A stretch of DNA of 64,000 nucleotides from an uncultured bacterium (lineage in GTDB: Bacteria > Bdellovibrionota > JACOXK01 > 2-02-FULL-40-11), in contig CAYMPL010000001.1 of NCBI GenBank assembly GCA_964392415.1, forward strand, positions 6,200-70,199. Direction: 5' to 3'. Shown here in pieces: positions 27,343-37,226 of the stretch. Position 1 is the first letter of the stretch. Every line of letters begins with the position of its first letter. The position numbers were made by a program, and so were the translations under genes. The notes beneath the pieces are model-generated. The model saw only the letters and a program-made list of their open reading frames with translations. It ran no database searches and was not told the origin of the DNA.

Positions 27343-29102
27343 TTTCCCTGATCTCAATTTTTCTTTTTTCATCTTCTGTAGTGTCACACGCAGAAGATAA
27401 AGTGATTTACCAAAATGATCACCGTGCTGTAAGAAAAGCGAAGGGAAAAGATATTTCCATTTACGTCGATGCGCAGTTTAAGAGGGCGAGAGAAGCAAAG
27501 ACATATAATGAGGCGTGGGATACGTATGTTGTCATTCAAAAAGAGATCCCGGAAGAACTCATTTTAATAGAGGGGACAGATGTCATTCCGAGCGCGAAGC
27601 ACGAGGAATCTGCTCGCCTGATGTCATGGAAAGAGATGAGAGCGCTCTTACTCGAAGCAAAGCAAAATGAAAGCTCGAAAGCAGCGTCTCAATTTTTAGA
27701 CTCTCCATTAGGAGCGGAACCTTCTGAAGAGCCGTTTCAAAAAGCTTGGAATGAGGCCACAGAAGATCTTGATTTTAGCCCCCACGATGGATTTCAATTC
27801 GCATGGCTTTTAGCGCCTTATCTTCCCACACAAACAGGAGGTCTCTGGGCTGAAAAGATGGGAGATGCGTATGTTGAAGAGGGGAATTACCTTCGGGCGT
27901 ATGCTCAATATAAGGCAATTAAAGATCATTCAATCGCTCATAATGAACGAATCGAGAAAAAATTAAATTACGTTATAAATGGTTTGGGAAAACGCCTCCA
28001 TAGAATTAAAAAAGCAAGCGCACTTAAGGGATTAAAGCTCAGCGATGGGACGGTCTATCGGCTGGTGGTAGAAGAATTGGGGATGCACAAGGAAAAGACC
28101 CTCTTTTTGGAGATTGCGTATCAAAAAGGAAAAGTCATTCAAAAGAGAATAGATGATGCTGAGTTGACACATCTCAATTCAAAAAAATATGGTCATTTTC
28201 TTATAAGGGATGGGGACAAGATTTTGCTCATGCCACCGCCCTGGAACAGATATCTCATATTTGACTTAAATGGGATGCTTTTAGAAAAAGTTTTCACCAA
28301 AGAAGAGATAGCTTCCCGATACGGAATTAAAAACATAAATGAACTTTTGTTTTCAAGGCATGGTTTTAGACTTATTTCCAGAGGAATCTTTAACATGGGG
28401 AGCCCACCTGATGAAGAGGGAAGAGGTGGTGATGAAACCTTACATTCTGTTACAATTACGAAAGATTTTTATCTGCAAAAGACGGAAGTGACCCAGCTTC
28501 AGTGGTATCTTGTTATGGGTGAAACGCCTTCGTGTTTTCGAGGAGAATGGTATTGCAAAGAAGAGTGGGATGAAGAGTTAAAGATTTGTCCAAATCATCC
28601 TGTGGAGCAAGTATCGTGGGATAATATTCAGATCTTTATTCAAAAGCTAAACGAGATGCAGAGTAAATATGTTTATAGACTTCCGACAGAAGCGGAGTGG
28701 GAGTATGCGGCACGCGGGGGGACGACAACACCATTTTATTTTGGAGAGACGATATTTTCTGACCAAGCCAATTACAATGGAGATGGCACTTATAAAGACG
28801 GTCATAAAGGAATTTATAGAGTGAAAACGATTCCGGTTTGCAGTCTAGGTCAGCCGAACGCATGGGGCTTATTTGATATGCATGGAAATGTGTGGGAGTG
28901 GGTTTCTGATTGGTATGGAGGATATCCCGCTGGAAGCGTGGTTGATCCGGAGGGGCCTCCCTCAGGCTCGCTCCGCGTTTTCCGCGGGGGCAGTTGGCGC
29001 AACTACCCGCATTATTACTTGCGGTCCGCGAGTCGTTACTCCAATTCGCCGGACTACAGCTACGATGGCGTCGGTTTCCGACTCGCGAGGACAAAGAAGT
29101 AA
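27309..29102 (+). CDS. Secreted protein with C-terminal formylglycine-generating-enzyme (FGE-sulfatase/SUMF1) domain; GTG start inside a repeat element proposed
   Basis: C-terminus has EQVSWDNIQ, RLPTEAEWEYAARGG, HGNVWEWVSDWY, RGGSW, GFRLAR FGE-sulfatase motifs; the signal peptide RARSARNLISLISIFLFSSSVVSHA begins within repeat copy 27311-27342. Confidence 0.75.
   Translation: MSFRARSARNLISLISIFLFSSSVVSHAEDKVIYQNDHRAVRKAKGKDISIYVDAQFKRAREAKTYNEAWDTYVVIQKEIPEELILIEGTDVIPSAKHEESARLMSWKEMRALLLEAKQNESSKAASQFLDSPLGAEPSEEPFQKAWNEATEDLDFSPHDGFQFAWLLAPYLPTQTGGLWAEKMGDAYVEEGNYLRAYAQYKAIKDHSIAHNERIEKKLNYVINGLGKRLHRIKKASALKGLKLSDGTVYRLVVEELGMHKEKTLFLEIAYQKGKVIQKRIDDAELTHLNSKKYGHFLIRDGDKILLMPPPWNRYLIFDLNGMLLEKVFTKEEIASRYGIKNINELLFSRHGFRLISRGIFNMGSPPDEEGRGGDETLHSVTITKDFYLQKTEVTQLQWYLVMGETPSCFRGEWYCKEEWDEELKICPNHPVEQVSWDNIQIFIQKLNEMQSKYVYRLPTEAEWEYAARGGTTTPFYFGETIFSDQANYNGDGTYKDGHKGIYRVKTIPVCSLGQPNAWGLFDMHGNVWEWVSDWYGGYPAGSVVDPEGPPSGSLRVFRGGSWRNYPHYYLRSASRYSNSPDYSYDGVGFRLARTKK
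27582..27612. repeat. Repeat-family unit in frame inside the FGE-domain protein gene
   Basis: GTCATTCCGAGCGCGAAGCACGAGGAATCTG, encoding VIPSAKHEES. Confidence 0.75.
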
Positions 29103-29203
29103 TTCTCGGCACTTTTACGATTTTATACTTGGTGCGCCTTAGCAGATAGCGCCAATAAACCATCCTTGTTTTATCGATTTGGGATGCGTTATAGTGAAGC
29201 ATT

Positions 29204-29887
29204 ATGCGGGTTTTTTTATTGTTTTTTTTGATTTTTTTGCCCCATTGCGCTCCCGCGCTTCATAATATCATTTCCAATGCTGAAGTTTTAGCCAAGCTCA
29301 ATCACAATGGTGAAAAGATTTCATCTTTCCGCGGCATGGGGCGTGTTTCTTTTAGGCTCAGTCAAAAAGAGGGGGCCGTTGAAGTCCTCATTGTTGCAGA
29401 TAAAAAGGGGAACCTAAGGCTTGAAACCGGAAATTTTTTTGGGGTGCCTTTGTCAGCAATGACGATCCAAAATCAGAAGCTTGCCTACTATGTCATCTCA
29501 GAAGAAAAGTTTTACATTGGGGAACCATCTGAGAAAATTGTTTCTTCTGTGCTCCCTCTTCAAATTGAAGAGAGGGATTTGCGAGGGCTTATCTTTTTTT
29601 CGAAAGAGACAGTGGAGGGATTTAAAAAGAAAAAATCTTTTAAGTTGGATATTTTTAAGTGCCGCTATGAGGAAAAACAGAATCTTTTTTATCCGATCGG
29701 TTTTCGATTGACGGATGAAAAAACGGGGGAATATCTGCAAATAAACTGGGAAGAATATGATTTAAATCCGTCCCCCTTTCCGGCTAAGATCTTTCGGTTG
29801 GAAAGACCCCCGCAGGCGAGGTTGATGGTGTGGGGGACGACTGAAAAGCATTCGCCGCTTCTCAAAGGGTATGATGAAATTGAGTAA
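29204..29887 (+). CDS. Hypothetical secreted protein or lipoprotein (LolA/LolB-like size and profile)
   Basis: N-terminal signal peptide with Cys at position 15; no clear motif. Confidence 0.35.
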   Translation: MRVFLLFFLIFLPHCAPALHNIISNAEVLAKLNHNGEKISSFRGMGRVSFRLSQKEGAVEVLIVADKKGNLRLETGNFFGVPLSAMTIQNQKLAYYVISEEKFYIGEPSEKIVSSVLPLQIEERDLRGLIFFSKETVEGFKKKKSFKLDIFKCRYEEKQNLFYPIGFRLTDEKTGEYLQINWEEYDLNPSPFPAKIFRLERPPQARLMVWGTTEKHSPLLKGYDEIE

Positions 29888-29950
29888 GCCTTTTTAAACA
29901 ACCTACCAAAATCCCTTGCGTTTAAAGAAGGGGTTCGGTATTCGGTCAAT

Positions 29951-30937
29951 ATGAGTGAGTCTCTTGAGATTAAGAATCTGAAAACCTCTTTTTTCCTTGA
30001 ACAAGGGGAACTGAAAGCGGTTAACAATGTCAGTTTCAAACTCTCGAAAGGGGAGACACTCGGGATTGTTGGCGAAAGCGGCTGCGGCAAAAGTGTCACG
30101 GCGCTTTCTGTGATGCGGCTTATCCAGGAACCGCCTGGAAAAATTGTCGGGGGGGAAATTTTCTATCAGGGGAAAGATCTTCTAAAGCTTCCGATTGCCG
30201 AGATGCGCCACATTCGCGGGAATAAGGTTTCGATGATTTTTCAGGAACCGATGACGTCGCTTAATCCTGTTTTTACGATTGGCAATCAGATTGAAGAGGC
30301 GATAGAGCTTCATCAGGATTTATCGGCGAAAGAGGTAAAGAATAAAGCGGTTGAAATGCTCAAACTGGTTGGAATTTCCTCGCCGGAAAGGAGAATCAAA
30401 GATTATCCGCATCAGTTAAGCGGCGGGATGCGACAGCGTGTCATGATTGCGATGGCCCTTTCCTGTGAACCTGAGATCTTAATTGCCGATGAGCCGACGA
30501 CAGCTCTCGATGTGACGATTCAGGCGCAGATTTTGGATCTTTTAAGAAAACTTCAGGATGAATTTGGAATGGCCATTATGCTGATTACCCATGATCTCGG
30601 TATTGTCGCTGAAATTGCGGATCGTGTCATTGTCATGTATACGGGAAAGATCGTTGAAGAGGCGGGTGTCGAAGAAATTTTTGAATTGCCCTTGCATCCC
30701 TATACCATCGGTCTTTTAAAATCGATCCCCTCTCTTCAAATGGCGCACCGCGGCAGAGAGGAGCGCCTGCAAACAATCCCCGGTATGGTTCCCAATATTT
30801 TGGAGATTGGAAAAGGGTGTCCTTTTGAAGATCGCTGTTTTTTACGTGTGCCGCATTGTAAAGAGGAAGAGCCGGAACTTCGCGAAATTAAGCCCGGGCA
30901 TTGGGTGAGCTGCTTTGAGGCAAAATTACCATCATGA
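29951..30937 (+). CDS. ABC transporter ATP-binding protein, OppD/DppD family
   Basis: GESGCGKS Walker A, LSGGMRQR signature, C-terminal oligopeptide-ABC extension with Cys motif. Confidence 0.85.
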   Translation: MSESLEIKNLKTSFFLEQGELKAVNNVSFKLSKGETLGIVGESGCGKSVTALSVMRLIQEPPGKIVGGEIFYQGKDLLKLPIAEMRHIRGNKVSMIFQEPMTSLNPVFTIGNQIEEAIELHQDLSAKEVKNKAVEMLKLVGISSPERRIKDYPHQLSGGMRQRVMIAMALSCEPEILIADEPTTALDVTIQAQILDLLRKLQDEFGMAIMLITHDLGIVAEIADRVIVMYTGKIVEEAGVEEIFELPLHPYTIGLLKSIPSLQMAHRGREERLQTIPGMVPNILEIGKGCPFEDRCFLRVPHCKEEEPELREIKPGHWVSCFEAKLPS

Positions 30938-31908
30938 ACGAACGGCTGATAGAAATTCGGGATCTCGTGAAACACTTTCCGCTGAAAAAGGGATTCCTTT
31001 CGACCAAAACCGAAGCGGTTAAGGCGGTCAATGGGGTTCATCTCGATATTTACAAAGGGGAAACGTTAGGACTTGTCGGTGAGAGCGGTTGTGGAAAATC
31101 GACGCTGGGGCGCCTGATTTTAAGATTGATTGAACCAACAAAAGGGGAGGTCAGGTTTAGCGGGGTGAATATTTATTCACTGAGTTCGAAGGAACTTCGC
31201 AAACAGCGACGTCAGATGCAGATTATTTTTCAGGATCCGTATGCGTCTTTGAATCCCCGAATGACGATCGGGGGGATCGTTGGAGAGCCGCTTGCGATTC
31301 ATCATCTTGTCAAAACCAAAAAAGAAAAAATGGAAAGGGTGGTTGATCTCCTGAAAGAGGTGGGGCTCCGTCCGGATATGGTGAATCGATATCCACATGA
31401 ATTTAGCGGGGGGCAGCGCCAAAGGATTGGCATTGCGAGGGCCGTTGCGTTAAAGCCTGAGTTTATTGTGTGTGACGAACCTGTTTCAGCCCTTGATGTT
31501 TCGATTCAGGCGCAGATTATTAATCTTCTTTCTGATTTACAGAAAAAATTTCGACTTACCTATCTTTTTATTGCGCATGATTTAAAAGTGGTTGAATACA
31601 TCAGCGACCGGGTGGCGGTCATGTATCTTGGGGAGATTGTTGAACTTGCAAAAAGTGAAGATATTTACCGCGATCCCAAGCACCCTTATACGCAGGCGCT
31701 TCTTTCGGCAATCCCTGTGCCGAATCCCAAAGCAAAGAGTTCCAGAATTATCTTAAAGGGGGATGTCCCAAGCTCGATTTCTCCACCGCCTGGCTGTCCA
31801 TTTCATACGAGATGTCATTATCAGATTGTCGGGGAGTGCAAGACCGTTCATCCCGAGCTCCGCGAGCTGGCCCCCGGCCATTGGGTGTCGTGTCATTTGG
31901 CGAAATAA
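30934..31908 (+). CDS. ABC transporter ATP-binding protein, OppF/DppF family
   Basis: GESGCGKST Walker A, FSGGQRQR signature; 4-nt overlap with the upstream ATPase gene. Confidence 0.85.
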   Translation: MNERLIEIRDLVKHFPLKKGFLSTKTEAVKAVNGVHLDIYKGETLGLVGESGCGKSTLGRLILRLIEPTKGEVRFSGVNIYSLSSKELRKQRRQMQIIFQDPYASLNPRMTIGGIVGEPLAIHHLVKTKKEKMERVVDLLKEVGLRPDMVNRYPHEFSGGQRQRIGIARAVALKPEFIVCDEPVSALDVSIQAQIINLLSDLQKKFRLTYLFIAHDLKVVEYISDRVAVMYLGEIVELAKSEDIYRDPKHPYTQALLSAIPVPNPKAKSSRIILKGDVPSSISPPPGCPFHTRCHYQIVGECKTVHPELRELAPGHWVSCHLAK

Positions 31909-31910
31909 GG

Positions 31911-31960
31911 GTCATCCTGAGCCAAGGCGAGAGTCATCCTGAGCGAAGCGAAGGATCTCA
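31911..31960. repeat. Repeat-family copy (double head) between the convergent oppF-like and response-regulator genes
   Basis: GTCATCCTGAGCCAAGGCGAGAGTCATCCTGAGCGAAGCGAAGGATCTCA. Confidence 0.85.
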
Positions 31961-32467
31961 CCGTATCTGCAAATGCATAATCGTCCGAACGGTCTCTGTG
32001 ATTTCATGGATATTGAAAGGCTTCGTAATGTAGTCGTGGGCGCCGAGCTGGAAGGCAAGTTTTTTATCCATTTCGCTTTTTCGGCCTGAAATAAAGACGA
32101 CCGGCACATTTTTGAGATCGTCATGCTCTTTGAGAAGTTTACAGAGTTCAAAACCGTCGACCCAGGGGAGGTTAATATCAAGAAGAATCAATTCAATTGA
32201 TTGAGATTCAAGGAGTTGAACGAGATCTGTGGCATCTTGCGCGAGATATACCTCGTAGCCCTCTTTTTCAAAGAGTCTCTTTAAGACACTGCGCGTTGAG
32301 GGGTCATCATCTACGACCAAAAGGTGCTGCGGGGCGCTTTTTCGTTTGATACTTCGATATTCATCCAGGGAAACAACCTTTTCCCCGACGATTTTTCTCT
32401 TTTTAATCCGCTCGATTTCTGAAGCAAGTTTTTTTGTGGAGACCGCTTTTGGGTCAAGTTTTGACAT
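31958..32467 (-). CDS. Single-domain response regulator (CheY-like receiver) with short N-terminal extension
   Basis: LLVVDDD...LLDINLPWVDG...VVFISG...K receiver motifs. Confidence 0.8.
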   Translation of the reverse strand: MSKLDPKAVSTKKLASEIERIKKRKIVGEKVVSLDEYRSIKRKSAPQHLLVVDDDPSTRSVLKRLFEKEGYEVYLAQDATDLVQLLESQSIELILLDINLPWVDGFELCKLLKEHDDLKNVPVVFISGRKSEMDKKLAFQLGAHDYITKPFNIHEITETVRTIMHLQIR

Positions 32468-32608
32468 CCCTAACCCCCTTTGCTTTCATTTTGTGGAAAA
32501 TACTGAATATGAAATGCTTAAATACCGCTTTTAGTATAAGACAAAATTGATCTCCCTATCAATAGGAAAAGTCGCTTGTGTTGACATCGCTTCGTGACAT
32601 AGCCGATA

Positions 32609-33415
32609 ATGTCTCCTATGTACCCGATTCTTCTTAAAATTCCACTCGGTCCTGTTACGATTCCGATTCCCGGCTATGGGGTGATGCTGGCGATTGCCTT
32701 TAGCGTTGGGCTCTATTTGACGATCCGACGGGCGAAAGTCGAGCGGCTTGATCCTGAAAATTTTTTGAATGTGTCAACGTATGTCATTTTGGCAGCCCTC
32801 ATCGGTTCCCGTTTCTTTCATGTGTTGATTGAGCACCCCTCCTACTATTTTTCCAATCCTCTTGAAATTCCGAAGATCTGGAAAGGGGGGTATACTTTTT
32901 ACGGCGGGATGATCCCGGCAGCGCTTGTCTTCTGGTGGTATGTAAAGAAGCATCGCATGCCGGTTTTACAGTCGATGGATATCTCTGCAACGTATCTCAT
33001 CCTTGGGATGGCCATTGGGAGACTCGGCTGTTTTCTTGCCGGTTGCTGCCATGGAAAAGTCTGCAGTTTTCTTTTTTTTCCGATTAGTTATGTGACAACA
33101 CATCCGGATAGCTTTTCAAGACCTTTGGGAATTCCGCTTTACGCGACACAGATCTGGGAAGCAGCTGGGAATTTTGTCCTCTTTTTGTTCATTTTGTGGC
33201 TTAGAAAAAGAAAGAACTTTCATGGACAACTGGTAGCGGCGCTTTTTATTGGCTATCCCATTGTCCGGATTTTTGTCGAGATTTTCCGTGGAGACGATAT
33301 TCGCGGATTTTTGATTCCCGATCTTGTTTCGACCTCTCAGTTTATTGGTCTGATCATGATGATCATCGGTTTCATCGTCTGGCATTGGGCACGTAAGCAT
33401 CCTATTCCCAGATAA
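32609..33415 (+). CDS. lgt: Prolipoprotein diacylglyceryl transferase
   Basis: GYGVMLAIAF, ...GGYTFYGG, GRLGCFLAGCCHG Lgt signature blocks. Confidence 0.85.
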   Translation: MSPMYPILLKIPLGPVTIPIPGYGVMLAIAFSVGLYLTIRRAKVERLDPENFLNVSTYVILAALIGSRFFHVLIEHPSYYFSNPLEIPKIWKGGYTFYGGMIPAALVFWWYVKKHRMPVLQSMDISATYLILGMAIGRLGCFLAGCCHGKVCSFLFFPISYVTTHPDSFSRPLGIPLYATQIWEAAGNFVLFLFILWLRKRKNFHGQLVAALFIGYPIVRIFVEIFRGDDIRGFLIPDLVSTSQFIGLIMMIIGFIVWHWARKHPIPR

Positions 33416-33448
33416 TAAAGTTAATCGGACCGATTTCCGACCCCCGTC

Positions 33449-33486
33449 CGCACGTTTTTAAGCTTACCTAAGCTTAAAAACGTGCG
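33449..33486. promoter_or_regulatory. Perfect 17-bp inverted repeat (CGCACGTTTTTAAGCTT-ACCT-AAGCTTAAAAACGTGCG) between lgt and the ComM-like gene
   Basis: Read directly from the sequence; no trailing T-run, so it is a terminator or a protein-binding palindrome. Confidence 0.5.
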
Positions 33487-33527
33487 AATTTCTTGGCATT
33501 TATTTTGCACTGCTGGAGAAGGGGCAT

Positions 33528-35042
33528 ATGTACGCAATCCTTCAAAGTGGCTGTCTGAACGGTTTAGAGATTTCGCTGGTGCAGGTGGAAGTCGATCTGC
33601 AGAGGGGATTGCCATTATTTTGTATCGTCGGTCTTCCCGATCCAGCTGTGCGTGAAAGCAGAGATCGCGTGAGATCGGCCCTTAAAAACGCGCCGTTTGA
33701 GTTTCCGATGAAGCGAATTACGGTAAATCTTGCGCCAGCCCATCTTAAAAAAGAGGGGTCATCCTTTGAACTGGCAATAGCGCTTGGATTGATCATGGCG
33801 GAACAAGAGTGGGAGTCGGCCCCATTTAAACATTTTCTTTTTTTGGGGGAACTTTCCCTCAAGGGAGAATTGCAGCCGGTCAAGGGGGTTTTGCCTCTCG
33901 TTCTAGAAGCCAAGAGGAGAGGATTTACGACAGTTTGTCTCCCTTCTCAGAATGCTTTGGAAGCATCGGCTGTTTCTGGCATGACGGTTTATGCCATTCG
34001 CTCTCTTTCTGAAATCGTTCAATTTTTAAAAAAGGAGATCGATTTAAAGCCGACCCTTTTTGAAATGAAAGAGGAGAAGTCAGAGCATGAGCTTTTGGAT
34101 TTTTCTGATGTGAGAGGACAGAAGTGGGCTAAAAAGGCATTTGAGATTGCGGCGGCAGGGGGGCATCATATTTTAACGGTCGGTCCTCCTGGCTGCGGTA
34201 AATCGATGCTTGCGAAAAGGCTGCCTACGATCCTTCCCTCTCTCGGCTTTGAAGAGTCGCTTGAGATTACAAGAATCTACTCCGTGGCAGGTCATCTAAA
34301 AAATGGGGGACTTATTCGACAACGCCCCTTTCGGAGTCCGCATCATACGATTTCTTACAGCGCGATGGCGGGAGGGGGGCATCGGATGCTGGTTCCGGGG
34401 GAAGTCAGCCTGTCACACCACGGAATTCTTTTTTTAGATGAGCTTGGGGAATTTCGTAAAGAGGTGCTTGAAGTGCTTCGCGAGCCGCTCGAAGAGAGAA
34501 AAATTTCAATTTCCCGGGTGACCGGCAGAACTATTTATCCTGCGAATTTTCTTTTGGTCGCGGCGATGAATCCCTGTCCCTGCGGCTACTATAAAGATTT
34601 GAAAAAAGAGTGTCACTGCTCAGAGGTAGATATCAGACGATACCGTTTTAAAATTTCAGGCCCTCTTTTGGATAGGATTGATATCCATGTTTCGCTCTCT
34701 CAGCTTTTGGTGAAGGATCTTTCGGCGGCAAAAGACGAAGAGACATCCACAGAGATTTTAGAGAGGGTCGTGACAGCGAGAAAAATAGAGAAAGAAAGAT
34801 ATCAAAATACCCCCTTTCAAATGAACTCAGATCTCTCTTTAAAAGCGATTGAAGCATTTTGCCATCTCCGTCCGGAGGCGGAAAAGATTTTAAATCAGGC
34901 AATGGAACGATTTGGCTTAAGCCTTCGGTCTCGTCATCGGATTTTAAAAATTTCAAGAACGATTGCTGACTTGTCTGGGGAAAAAGAGATCTGCTCATCC
35001 GACATCGCCCAGGCGTTGCAGTTAAGGTTTTTGGACAGGTAG
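33528..35042 (+). CDS. YifB/ComM-family Mg-chelatase-like AAA+ ATPase
   Basis: N-terminal Lon-like domain, GPPGCGKS Walker A, zinc-finger CPCGYY block. Confidence 0.85.
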   Translation: MYAILQSGCLNGLEISLVQVEVDLQRGLPLFCIVGLPDPAVRESRDRVRSALKNAPFEFPMKRITVNLAPAHLKKEGSSFELAIALGLIMAEQEWESAPFKHFLFLGELSLKGELQPVKGVLPLVLEAKRRGFTTVCLPSQNALEASAVSGMTVYAIRSLSEIVQFLKKEIDLKPTLFEMKEEKSEHELLDFSDVRGQKWAKKAFEIAAAGGHHILTVGPPGCGKSMLAKRLPTILPSLGFEESLEITRIYSVAGHLKNGGLIRQRPFRSPHHTISYSAMAGGGHRMLVPGEVSLSHHGILFLDELGEFRKEVLEVLREPLEERKISISRVTGRTIYPANFLLVAAMNPCPCGYYKDLKKECHCSEVDIRRYRFKISGPLLDRIDIHVSLSQLLVKDLSAAKDEETSTEILERVVTARKIEKERYQNTPFQMNSDLSLKAIEAFCHLRPEAEKILNQAMERFGLSLRSRHRILKISRTIADLSGEKEICSSDIAQALQLRFLDR

Positions 35043-35063
35043 CCTCAATTAAAAATCGGGCGG

Positions 35064-36191
35064 CTATCGCTCAGCGATCGGAATATACGATAAATTCTTT
35101 GGCCCGGTATAGTCGCAATCGGGGCGAATAATGCGGTTGTCTACCATCTGCTCAATCACATGGGCGCACCAGCCGGCGATCCGGGAGATCGCAAAGACCG
35201 GCGTAAAGAGAATTTCAGGGATTTCCATTAATTTATAGAGAGCGCCTGAAAAGAAATCGACATTGGGCCAGAGGTATTTCCCCTTTTTTGTGATTTCACG
35301 CTGAACGATCTCTTCGATTTTTTTAAGAAGTTCATAATATTTAGTATTATTTTTCTTTTTTGAGAGGGTGGCGAGCATCTCTTCAAGCACATAAGATCTG
35401 GGGTCTTTCACCTGATAAACCCGGTGCCCCATTCCCATAATTTTTTCTTTCCGGGAGAGTTTTTCCTGGATCCACGGTTCCACCTGATCCGGGCTTTTGA
35501 TTTCAGATATCATTTTTAAAACTTTTTCATTGGCCCCTCCATGCAGCGGACCATACAGGGCGCCAACGGCTGCCGATATAGATGCGTGAAGCGATGGCAG
35601 AGACGACGCAACAACGCGGGCTGTGAAGGTAGAGACGTTAAAACTGTGTTCCGCGTGAAGCACGAGACAGGTATCAAACATCTGTGCCTCCAGAGGATCC
35701 GGGACATTCCCCGTGATCATGTATAAGAAGTTTGCGCTGTGATCGAGCTTCGGATGCGGGGAGATAATTTTTTGTTTCTGCTTTGAACGCCAGCAGGCTG
35801 CGACAATCGTTGGGAATTGCGCAATAAGTTCGATGGAGCGCTCTTCAATTTTTTCAATCTTTTTGGGATCCATCGTTTCATGCGTTCCCATGGCGGACGT
35901 AATTGTCTGAAGCAGCTCCATCGGATGGGCAGCCGTTGGTAAAATGCGGATGATTTTTAAAATCTCACGCGGAAGCTTTCTCTTTTTTTTTACGGTATCG
36001 GCGAATGTTTTAAGCTCTTGCCGGTTTGGAAGCGATCCAAAGAGGAGAAGATGCGATGTTTCCAGATAGTTTGAATTTTTTGCAAGGACATCAATCGGGT
36101 ATCCCCGGTACATGAGAACCCCATTGGTACCATCTACAAAGCCGATTTTTGACTCGCCAGCGACGACTCCCTGCAGGCCCTGATTTACCAT
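35064..36191 (-). CDS. gltA: Citrate synthase (short type)
   Basis: LQGVVAGESKIGFVDG...GVLMYRGY N-terminus and GHRVY catalytic-His block; start trimmed to the Met that has a GGTGA RBS (the track ORF extends to 36275). Confidence 0.85.
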   Translation of the reverse strand: MVNQGLQGVVAGESKIGFVDGTNGVLMYRGYPIDVLAKNSNYLETSHLLLFGSLPNRQELKTFADTVKKKRKLPREILKIIRILPTAAHPMELLQTITSAMGTHETMDPKKIEKIEERSIELIAQFPTIVAACWRSKQKQKIISPHPKLDHSANFLYMITGNVPDPLEAQMFDTCLVLHAEHSFNVSTFTARVVASSLPSLHASISAAVGALYGPLHGGANEKVLKMISEIKSPDQVEPWIQEKLSRKEKIMGMGHRVYQVKDPRSYVLEEMLATLSKKKNNTKYYELLKKIEEIVQREITKKGKYLWPNVDFFSGALYKLMEIPEILFTPVFAISRIAGWCAHVIEQMVDNRIIRPDCDYTGPKNLSYIPIAER

Positions 36192-36318
36192 AGATTCACC
36201 ATAGCGCCTCAAACCGTACCACAGGCCGATGTCAAATTTCAACATATTCTGGCTCATATTATTCTGGCTAAACAATATATTTGCTAAAATCGCCGTCTGA
36301 TATAAATTGGGAAATTCG

Positions 36319-37224
36319 ATGGAAAACTACAGGATTCCATATCTCAGGGAGCTCGAGTCCGAGAGTATTTATATTATTCGCGAGGCTCAAGCTGAATTTA
36401 AGAATCCGGTCATGCTCTATTCGATCGGCAAAGATTCGTCTGTGATGCTTCATCTGGCAAGAAAGGCCTTTGCGCCTGGCAAGATTCCTTTTCCTCTCCT
36501 GCATATCGATACGGGTTACAAATTCAGAGAGATGATTGAGTTTCGGGATTATTATACGAAAAAAATAGGGATTCGGCTGCTCGTTGAACGAAATGAAGAA
36601 ATGATCGCCAAGGGGATGCACCCTTCTCTCTATGGAACCGATCGATGCTGTGGTTTTTTAAAAACAAAGGCGCTGCTTTCCGCCCTTTCAAAACACAGAT
36701 TTGATGCAGCCTTTGGGGGGGCCAGGCGTGAAGAAGAAAAATCGAGGGCGAAAGAGAGAATATTTTCCGTTCGAAATGAATTTGGCGTCTGGGATCCCAA
36801 AAATCAGAGGCCGGAGCTTTGGCATCTCTACAACTGCAAGTTAAGGGGGGAAGAGACGATGCGTGTTTTCCCCCTCTCAAACTGGACGGAGGGGGATGTC
36901 TGGGACTACATCAAATTGGAAAATATCGAAGTGGTCCCTTTGTATTTCGCCAAAGAGCGTCCAATCGTCAGGCGAAGGGGGATGGTTATTCCGGTAGATG
37001 AGTCAACGCATTTAAAAACAGATGAAAAAATAGAGAAAAAAATGATTCGTTTCCGGTCGCTTGGCTGTTCCCCCTGCACAGGGGCGATCGAATCAAAAGC
37101 GGCAACGATTGATGAGATTTTGATGGAAGTGCTGGAAACGAAAAAATCGGAGAGAGAAAATCGGGTGATCGATTTTGGATCTGATAGTTCAATGGAAGAG
37201 AAAAAGAGAGAGGGATATTTTTAA
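36319..37224 (+). CDS. cysD: Sulfate adenylyltransferase subunit 2
   Basis: [28 protein letters not shown]-reductase-fold motifs; the alternative upstream ATG at 36307 is possible. Confidence 0.85.
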   Translation: MENYRIPYLRELESESIYIIREAQAEFKNPVMLYSIGKDSSVMLHLARKAFAPGKIPFPLLHIDTGYKFREMIEFRDYYTKKIGIRLLVERNEEMIAKGMHPSLYGTDRCCGFLKTKALLSALSKHRFDAAFGGARREEEKSRAKERIFSVRNEFGVWDPKNQRPELWHLYNCKLRGEETMRVFPLSNWTEGDVWDYIKLENIEVVPLYFAKERPIVRRRGMVIPVDESTHLKTDEKIEKKMIRFRSLGCSPCTGAIESKAATIDEILMEVLETKKSERENRVIDFGSDSSMEEKKREGYF

Positions 37225-37226
37225 GG

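Noticed and set aside
29951-31908. Annotating a complete opp/dpp oligopeptide transporter
   Set aside because: Only the two ATPase subunits are present; no permease or binding-protein genes are in the window.
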